Source: the human T2T-CHM13v2.0 reference genome, Homo sapiens. From it: a DNA stretch of 64,000 nt. Below the pieces are notes generated by a model. The model was not told where the DNA came from. It made no database searches and saw only the letters and a program-made list of their open reading frames with translations. The stretch is taken from assembly GCF_009914755.1 (NCBI RefSeq), contig NC_060933.1; one strand, written 5' to 3'. Shown here in pieces: positions 54,247-64,000 of this stretch. Position 1 is the first letter of the stretch. Each line of letters begins with the position of its first letter. A program made the translations under genes and the position numbers.

Positions 54247-54771
54247 CTACCTTGTAAAGTGGGTAATATGTAAATTTTGCAAATAAAGAAAACAGGGTTC
54301 ACTGTAGTTAAGATCTTTTGCCATCACAAAAGCAAGAAGTTGGTGAAGCTTAAATTTTAATCCACCCATGTCATACTGCACAGGATAATAAAAGAGGGAG
54401 ATTCTCAATTCTAGTTCTCATCTGCATGTAACTTAAAATTGTAAAGTATTGGCCTCCCCCTTACAGCCCCATTTTATGGATAAAACAGAAGTTGGGTTAT
54501 TGTAATAAACAGGCATCTCTGTCCAAGGGAAATTACATTCTTTGGCTCCATCCAAATTATTCCAGTCTATTGTCACTCAAATGAGACAGGACTGATTTGG
54601 AGGTATTTGTTACCAGAAGGGTTAAAATGGAGCTGGAAAGGTGTATATAAACAAATAAACAAATGCTTGCTTTTAAAACAATTGTGAGTGACAGCATTAT
54701 GAGGGGTTCAAGCAAAGATTATGACCACAGAATCAAATTGCCAGAGTACATGTAGACAAGATCAGAGCTGA

Positions 54772-55290
54772 GCAGCGGATGGTAATGGTGAACTTTCTAG
54801 ATCCCTACTGAGGGGGGAAAATCTTACTTCTCCAGTTGTTCTGAGTGCTACTGCCTGATGGCTCTCTGCTGCCAGCCCTCTCTGGAAGTTGCCCTTTGTT
54901 GGAGAAGTCGCCTTACTTTTCACTGGGCAGCCTGCTTTCAGTGTCTCATAGCATTTATAGCATAAAAGCCTGGTTCTCTTACTGCAACACAAGATAATAG
55001 AGATATCTTGGCCTCAGAAACTTCTCTACAACATACAGTCAGCTGAGGCTTCTGTTAAGACTAGTCTTGTTCTCTGCCCAATTCTGCTGCTTCCTTTTTT
55101 TCTCTTCTATAATAAAAAAAAGATTACTATAGAAGTAATCCTCTATAGTAATTACTGGCACAATTATTTTAGCCCAATGAGACCTATAGAACCATCAGAC
55201 AATATAGTTCAAGAACATACTCTTAACAAACTTTCAAAAATTTCTTCTTTATCTCACATTCTGTTTTCCAAGAAACCCAACCTTCAAAAG
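54772..55290 (+). mobile_element. LTR16C-like ERVL solo LTR carrying a non-LTR insertion
   Basis: gcagcggatgg...agatccc...gttgccct...ataaaagcctgg...gctgaggcttctgtt...ctctgcccaattctgct...tctgttttccaagaaacccaacct. Confidence 0.75.
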
Positions 55291-55493
55291 GATTTACAAT
55301 AATGATTCCGTATCTGTTGCAAGCTACAGGAGATCCACAGGGATTGAGCAAGAGTAATTGGTGAAATGGCTAGACAAACGGTCACAGTTGGTCATTGACA
55401 AGATAATAAAAACGTAGATCTGGGGCAACAAAAATTCAAGGAAGAAGAAAACATGCCATTCATAGTGATCAAGTCTGTTCAGAGGAGATTACC

Positions 55494-55982
55494 TGTGATA
55501 GGAAGAAAAATGGTTCCCAAAGATGTCAACAGCCTAATCCCCAGAAACTGTGTGCATGTTGCTTTACATGACAAAAGGGACTTTGCAGATGTGATTAAGG
55601 TTAAGGATGGTGAGAATGGAATATTGTCCTGGATTATCAAGGTGGACCCAATGTAATCACACAGCTCTTTAAAAGCAGAGAGCCTTTCCAAGCAATGGTC
55701 AGAGCGGGAGATGTGACTAAGGAAAAATGGTCAGAGGGATGCAATGTTGCTGAATTTAAGATAAAGGGAAGGGAACAAGGACTGTCTATGGTTGGCCATT
55801 AGGAACTTGGAAATACAAGGAAACAGATTCTTTCCTAGAGCTTCTCAGAAAGAAACACAGTTGTGCTGGCACATTAACTTCAGCCCAATGGGACCTATAG
55901 AACTATAAGACGATAAACTTGCATTGTTTTAAACCACTAATTTTATAGAAATTTGTTACAGTGGTAACAGAAATATGGTACG
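55494..55982 (+). mobile_element. MLT1D MaLR solo LTR
   Basis: tgtgataggaagaaaaatggttcccaaagatgtc...caaaagggactttgcagatgtgattaagg...ttttaaaccactaa...tttgttacagtgg. Confidence 0.9.
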
Positions 55983-56799
55983 GCATCTTTCAACTATTAC
56001 CTGTTATAGTATTTGAAATACCAGTGAGAGGAAGTAAAGGCTTAAATCGGCAACTGAAAATGTGGTGATGGACAAGTGATAGGAGGCAATACGGGCTCTT
56101 CTCTGGGACATGTTCTCTACACTACACTTGAAACAGAAAAAAATCCACTTTTATGAAAATGCTAATTGATTTTTACATGTAGATAATCCTAACTCAAAGC
56201 ATTAGATATATGTTACAAATGTTCTACTTCATAACAGAACTAAAATCATACCAAAGAAATTGGGAGTACTTCTTTATAGGTACAAATAATTTATATTCAC
56301 TTTATTACTTTATGTTTTTCTTTGTATATGAAACGTGACTGGGTCTAGCTGGTCCTTTTCATAGTAACAGGTACTTCATTGACTGTAATTATAAAACTTT
56401 TCTTCTTGAGGGTTTTTCTTTTCACTGAATTGAAAAGAAATTGCTTCTTTTATCTCATCTGATTTGACTGAAATACTTATATTGTAAAAATGCTGACAGA
56501 TCAGTTCTCCACAAAAGGAATGTTAAGCCTTTTATTCTTTTTGTGAAAGTGCTGTGGAGAGGGGGATTTCACTGTTGCAGGATTAATTGATTTGCTATAA
56601 CTGAACAGACAGAATTAACAATTAATTTCGGAGCAGTTATAACATTTATACATAAATCCAGGTTGTTGGAAATATTTCATTCAGACACTGAGTTTGTAAG
56701 ACAATTTTAATGGATCATATAAATAAAAAATGCATGATAATCAGTGTGCTTATATCTACAGAAAAGTAAATGAAAATACTGTAACACTAAACATGTACT

Positions 56800-58300
56800 G
56801 TTTGAAGGAGAATTTTTCAGTCTTCAAGGTAAAGTGAAATGTCTTTTCATTCCTTTCATAATTTTTGATGCCTCATGGGCCATACTCAACTACAGTTTTT
56901 TTTCTGTGATATTTAATTTTTGACCTTTTTTGTTTTCTTTTCTAGTCTCCAGTCATAAGATATTCAGTAATTTTTTTCAAAAGTGGAAAATATGTAGGGA
57001 TTCACTTTACTGAACACACACACACACACACACAGTTTTTGATGCTAGTTTGACTAGATATAACAAAATAATTTTCTCAGTATTTTAAAGGATATTTCAT
57101 ATTATCTTCCATCTGTAGGTATTGATGACTGGAATTCATAGTAAAAATTTATACTAATTTGTATGTAAAGCAATTTCATCTTCCTTGAAATATCAGTGGA
57201 GTTCTAACTTGTCTAGAATATTATTTTTTATTTATTCTTAGAATTTTGAAAGAAAATTTTAAGATATTTCAGATAAGGGAAATACACTTCTATCACATTG
57301 TTAATTGTCTTATTCTCTCTTTTTAGAACTCTTATTAAATAGAACAATTCTCCATATATCTTAATATTTTCCATAATTTTCTTTTGCTTTGGACTCTAGG
57401 GATTATTTTCCCAAGTTAATTTGTGATTATTAATTAGGTATGTAGTTCCATTGATTCTATTTTTTAGTCATTTTTAATTTTTATGATATTTTTAACTCAA
57501 AATAAATATTTCCCATGCTTCTTTACTTCTTGTTTTATAGACTTAGTAACTATATCTTCCTGAGAATCCTGAGTAAACTTTTTAAAGTTTTATATTATGT
57601 GTGTAAGTCAGTTTTGCTGTTTGCACACCTTGCACTTTCTTTATTGACTAGTTTATTTCTTCTCCTAAATTGTCAAGTGGTCAGAGTTGTTCGTTCACAG
57701 TTTTAAATAGTCATGCTGTTCAGTAGAGATTGCTGCTCTGTTTTCTGTGAGGTGTGTGGGTCTGATTTCCCAATATTTCCTTCTCCTGGATGAGAATAAA
57801 AAGTAGGTTTTGCATGAGTTTGCAGAACATGCCAACTAGTAGGTTCTGCTGAAGTGTGTTATGTTGCAGACAAGTTGGGCACTGAACTGCTTTCAAAATA
57901 AGAAGGTGGGTGGTACTTCAGTAAATTTCTTTTATGAACATATTTTTTTTTCTTTTTTTATTTGGAAGGTCTAGCTGTGCTCTTTCTTCAGGTCTTAATT
58001 CCTGAACGAGAGACTTTCTTGTGGGTATAGTCAATGCTTTTAGAAAGAAAATGTTTATACCATGTTAACATAGGTCTAGCTTTTAAGAGTTTTTATTTTT
58101 TTTACTCAGTACTTGCTGTATAATGAGAGTTCTTTTTCCTCTTGTGAAATTTGCTCCAGCTTGCGTTGTATGTTTTGGGGGATGATGCTTTTGGTTCACT
58201 TTTGATCTAATCTCATTTGCATCACATATTCTGGAAATTCTTTAATTTTCTGGCTTACTAGTGGTGCCTTTTCATATTATGAAAATATATTTTATCATAG
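56800..58300 (-). mobile_element. Very old L1ME-like ORF1/5' remnant
   Basis: T-rich antisense sequence with L1ME ORF1-like motifs (ttctcagtattttaaaggatatttcatattatcttc); highly degenerate, boundaries uncertain. Confidence 0.4.
57014..57034. repeat. (AC)10 microsatellite
   Basis: Direct read. Confidence 0.9.
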
Positions 58301-59974
58301 GAGAGGAGGTTCAGTATGGCATTATATAATCTGCACAGTAAATCTATAAGAAAGCGTTTTTAACTGCTTTTTTTTAGTCAAGAAACTGAAGAAACTGGCT
58401 CTCTGACATATTTTTGAAGTGAGTGAGCAGTAATTTGACTTGGGTTTCTCTGCTACCATGTCAAGATCTTTCATTTCTAACCAGGGATGGTCTTAACATT
58501 CAACTCTATTTAATTCTATTGAGTCAACAAAACATATTCTAAATGACAGTACTGTACAAGCTCTGAAAATACAGAGATGGCCACATAATATGCAAATGAT
58601 AAAAGCAAACCTACTCATATATAGATTATAAGGCTTAATCATTTTCTCAACCTATTTAATACTTGTCAGAGGCAATTTCTGACAAGGAGGTAAGTGTAAT
58701 AAAAAGTAGCGTTATTAATAAGTTAAATGCATTAAAATATAGTTAGGAAAATTAATGGGCTTGCTTAACTGTATCATTTATATTTTGACTATACTGTTTA
58801 AGTAAATAATATTTTGAAAGCTCCTTGAAATGTGATATCTTAGAGATCACTTGTCTGCCAGTCTTCAGTTTTAGAGAAAATAAAATATAAGGAAGTTACG
58901 ACTTCCTCTATGACATATATTCAAAGGCATAGCCAAGTATACTCTGTAATTTACTTCTCCTAAGCTCCTTTTCTTAATGGAGTGGGAGGATGGGAAGACT
59001 TTTAGTCACTTAATTCTCCCAATGTCTTTTAGGGAAATTTTCCTTTGGTTTTATGGGAACATAGTACCTCAGTATTAGTATTAGTATAATTATTTTGAAA
59101 AAACAACAGTTTAGGGAGGGGTAGACAATAATTAAACAAATAGAACCTTTGTTTTATGGAATAAATTTTTATTACATATAATGAAATTTGTTTCATTAAA
59201 AGCCCAAATACAGGGATACCTAATATCAGTGAAGTTTTTTGGTTGCTGACATCTATCCTATTGAAAATAAGACTGCTGTTGTTTCCCTCTATTATCAGTA
59301 TTTAAGGAGGAAGCAGATTCATATGGTTCATGGTGCAAGGTCTTATTTTTAACTCCATTTTCCAATCTAGCTTCAAATTAAATAAAGTGGCTGAGAAAAG
59401 TGAGATGCTGTTTGTTATTGGCTGAAGGTAAGTACATTTTTTCATGGAATCCAGTGATTAAGAAAATAACAATATAAAGAGATACATTTACATTCCCTAT
59501 AGACATTGAGGATCTGAGGAAGGAAAAAATGTGCTTTCTTCAATGTAGGCACATTTTACCTATTGCAGATTCAAATTGCATATCGGTGGAACACCAATAT
59601 GCAAGTGCCACAGAAATAATTGTTGCAGACAAGATCCATTAATGTATGTGAAAAGTAGTAGGAGAAAGCTTGAGAACAGGTTACTAATATAATCCTCAAA
59701 GTATCTATCCAAAGATATTTATTAATTACAAAGGCAAAGATAGTAACCTAGCAAACACCATTCTAATTGATGATCAAATTTAACATCACCACTAATATGA
59801 CATGTTGATATTATGGATATTTTGATATGATACATTGAAAATGACATATTGTCATTTCTGTTATATATGCCAAATATTTATAAGCTCAGTTCAATAATGA
59901 AGAAACATAAAACAGACCCATATTGAAGGACATTTTATGAAATAGTAGTACCACTCATAGGTGTCAATCATAAA

Positions 59975-61148
<1,174 letters not shown>

Positions 61149-61178
61149 TGCATAAAGACAGACTAAGAAATTGTTGCT

Positions 61179-61460
61179 GGCTGGGTGCAGGGGCTTATGC
61201 TCGTAATTCCAGCACTTTGGGAGGATGAGGTGGTTGGGTCACTTGAAAGCTCAAGAATTCAAGACTAGCCTGGGCAACATGAGGAAACCCTGTGTCTACA
61301 AACAATTAAAAAAAAAAATAGCTGCACATGGTGGTATGTGCCTATAGTCCCAGCTACTTGGGAGGCTGAGGTGGGAGGATCAGTTGTGCACAGGAGGCAG
61401 AAGCTGCAGTTCACTGAGTTCACACCACTGCACTCCATCCCTCCAGCTTGGCAAGACCGA
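61179..61460 (+). mobile_element. AluJo-like SINE
   Basis: agcctgggcaacatgaggaaaccctgtgtctaca; gaggtgggaggatc; altered 3' end running into a purine repeat. Confidence 0.9.
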
Positions 61461-61652
61461 AAGAAAGGAAGGAGGGAGGGAAGGAAGGGAGGAAGGGAGG
61501 GAGGAAGGGAGGGAGGAAGGGGGGGAGGAAGGGGGGGAGGAAGGGGGGGAGGCAGGGGGGAGGCAGGGGGGGAGGCAGGGGGGGAGGCAGGGAGGGAGGC
61601 AGGGAGGGAGGCAGGGAGGGAGGAAGGGAGGGAGGAAGGGAGGAAGGGTGGG
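61461..61652. repeat. G-rich purine tandem repeat (12-nt unit GG[A/C]AGGG[A/G]GGGA)
   Basis: About 12 units read directly between 61491 and 61633. Confidence 0.95.
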
Positions 61653-62025
61653 TTCCAGATTGGAATTGGAAGAGACTAGAAAGACTAAAGAGAAATTTCA
61701 AAAAGCAAAAAAAAAAATGCAACATTGAATCCTGGGTTGGATCTTAAACCGAAAGATGGCATTAACAGAAAATCTGGTAAAATTTGAATATGATCTGTAG
61801 TTTAGAGTATTGTATAAATGCTAATTACCTGGTATTGATAGTGTACTATGTCAGATGTTAATATTGGCAGAAGCTGATGAGAGATATGTAGGATCCTCTG
61901 TACTGTTTCTGCAACTTTTCTTAGTCTAACACTTTCAAAATTAGAAGTTTACAAAATCATTTTAGCATAAGAATACAGATTTTGAGTAACCCACTTTCTC
62001 CACATATCTCTTAAAATCTCATTGA

Positions 62026-62142
62026 GGCTAGGCACAGTGGTTTATGTCTCTAATTCCAACACTTTGGGAGGCTGAGACAGGAGAATTGCTCAAGCTCTGA
62101 AATTGGATACTAGCCTGAGCAATGTAGGGAGACCCTTTCTCT
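62026..62142 (+). mobile_element. FLAM / Alu monomer
   Basis: ggctaggcacagtggtttatg...actttgggaggctgag...tagcctgagcaatgtagggagaccc. Confidence 0.85.
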
Positions 62143-62173
62143 TTCTCTCTCTCTCTCACTTTCTCTCTCTCTC

Positions 62174-62212
<39 letters not shown>

Positions 62213-62252
62213 ATATGTATGTATGTGTATATGTATATATATGCATACATAT
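62136..62252. repeat. Compound microsatellite (CT)n-(GT)n-(TA/TATG)n
   Basis: Direct read. Confidence 0.9.
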
Positions 62253-62415
62253 AATTATCATCCTGAAGTTGTGTGGTGGTATCTCATTGTGTTTTTGATT
62301 TGTATTTCCCTCATATTTAGTGATGTTGAGCATTTTTTTCATGCGTCTACAAGCAATTTTCCTATCTTCTTTGGAGAATTGTCTAACCAAATATTCTTTT
62401 CCATTTTAATTGTTT
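62253..62415 (-). mobile_element. L1 ORF2 fragment
   Basis: gtggtatctcattgtgtttttgatttgtatttccc...gatgttgagcatttttttcatg. Confidence 0.8.
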
Positions 62416-63294
62416 TTTCCCCCATTCTAGTTCAATAATGGGGGCTTTACTCTTTGAACCAAAACATGAGAATAGGTAAGGAACAGGAGAGATATGATTA
62501 AAAACTTTGGTCTCAATCCAGTATGTAAATCCGCTGTTATTCCCTAGGGATTACTATATCATCCTTGAAATAATGGGTAACGAAGACTCTACAGGTTATG
62601 GGGAAATGGCAACATCTGGAAGCCCCAGACCCCAATCAGAACAGATGGCTGTTTCCCAAGGGATATAAAAGTAACCGCTTTCCTTAAATAAGCCATCTGT
62701 CTGAATAAAATAATTTTCACCAATTAATAAAGGCATGTGAAGGGCTGAGAAATTTCTAAACTCTAAAAATAGGAAGGATGAAAGAACTAAAATTTGCCCA
62801 ATTATCAAAAGACACCATTCCAAGATATTTACGTTGAATATAAAATAGGACTTATTTTAGTTGCCCTTTCTGAAACATTCTGTGGACTAGCTGAACTGGT
62901 AAAAAAGCAAATCAATATATTAAACTAGTCTGTGATAACAAATTTGACTTACTTTACAGCAATGTATAGGATCATTGATCACCAATACCAAATCAGGTAG
63001 AATAAAGCAGCTCACATGCTCTTGTAATAAAATAAGATCTGACTTGTTAAACTGGTGGTACATTCAGGCAAGTAGGTAATTTTATTATATCTTTGTGTTG
63101 TTTCATTATTCTAATATTGGTTAAGCCCCTACCTACTGCTCATTAGCTGTCTTCCTCAAGTCTAAGCTCCAACCATATCGAAACATTTATAGTTCCACTG
63201 GCCAGACTGTTTTAAACTAACAAGCCCATGTAGATGCTGGTGTCAGCCCTAACAGACCTACAGTTTGACAAATTGGCAAACATTGCTTATCCTC

Positions 63295-63560
63295 CAGGTT
63301 CTAGCTCAGGCATCTTCTTTGCGAAGAATTATTTTATCACCCAAAAAAGCTGATGGTGTCATCTTAGCTTCCTCACTGTTTCTGATATGCATTAATAGTG
63401 CAGCATACTTCTCACTGAACTTACTCATTGCAAAAGGTTGATTCCCATATCAATGTGTGACTACATAAGGAAACAGACTGTTTCCCACTCATCTCTGATG
63501 AGTAGCCCTGATTTTTGAAAATAGAACTTAAAAACAAAAAGCCTGTTTATGAATAAAACA
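63295..63560 (+). mobile_element. Degenerate L2 3' fragment
   Basis: agctcaggcatcttctttgcgaag...tgtgactacataaggaaacagactgt...tgtttatgaataaa. Confidence 0.45.
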
Positions 63561-64000
63561 GATTGAAACTACTAATGACAAATTAAGGCTTAGCTTTAAA
63601 AAATTATATTGATGATTATTTTGATAACCTTTAATTCTTTGTTGCTTAATATAAAAAAGCTAGGAATAAAATTAAGTAGTCTCAATTTTCAAGCAACCAG
63701 CAAAAATATTTAATGTCTGGATACAGAGGTTCTGAGATTTGCAAATCTGATTTTTTGGGTTTAGGATTGGTGTAAATTAAATAGAATTTGCTGTGATCTG
63801 TAACCCAACTTTAAACCTGGAAATTCGTGGGATTCAGAAATGTTGGTTCGGTATCCATACCCATAGCTTTGTATTTCATAGTTTAAAAAAATGCTCCCAA
63901 AGAGACTGATCTAATTTCTTAGTTTTATTAACTATTCTCAAACACACAAAATTGAAAAATCTAATATCCATTTCCTCTGGCTTAGCTGCAAGCTTAAAAT

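Noticed and set aside
61338-61747. Gly/Arg/Glu-rich and Pro-rich ORFs resembling RGG or proline-rich proteins
   Set aside because: Translations of an AluJ plus the G-rich 12-mer repeat, which cannot contain stop codons

Overview
This is AT-rich simian-primate (probably human or other catarrhine, given an AluY) nuclear DNA, not prokaryotic sequence. I see no intact protein-coding gene, RNA gene, CpG island or CRISPR array. The listed ORFs I could trace fall in L1, Alu, MaLR or simple repeats, or look like chance ORFs in AT-rich DNA. Roughly half of the window is recognisable transposon fossil: a complete THE1D-like MaLR provirus (1137-3487), solo LTRs, eight Alus plus a monomer, MIR/L2 pieces, DNA-transposon MITEs and three nested L1 clusters (16.4-27.2, 44.0-53.6 and 59.6-62.0 kb). 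Subfamily names come from my recall of consensus sequences and need RepeatMasker/Dfam confirmation. I found no convincing previously undescribed biological system. The best leads are: (1) a strong + strand bias of L1/LTR elements, suggesting an intron of a minus-strand gene, plus a 21-nt frame-preserving minus-strand microexon candidate (14396-14416); (2) an ancient near-full-length L1MA with surviving TSDs that hosts a twin-primed inverted L1; (3) two template-switch/fold-back insertion scars (2535-2587, 55104-55204); (4) an ERE+forkhead composite motif (30024-30066) and a DUX4-consensus site in the THE1D 3' LTR; and (5) a G-rich 12-mer VNTR with ordered variant blocks.
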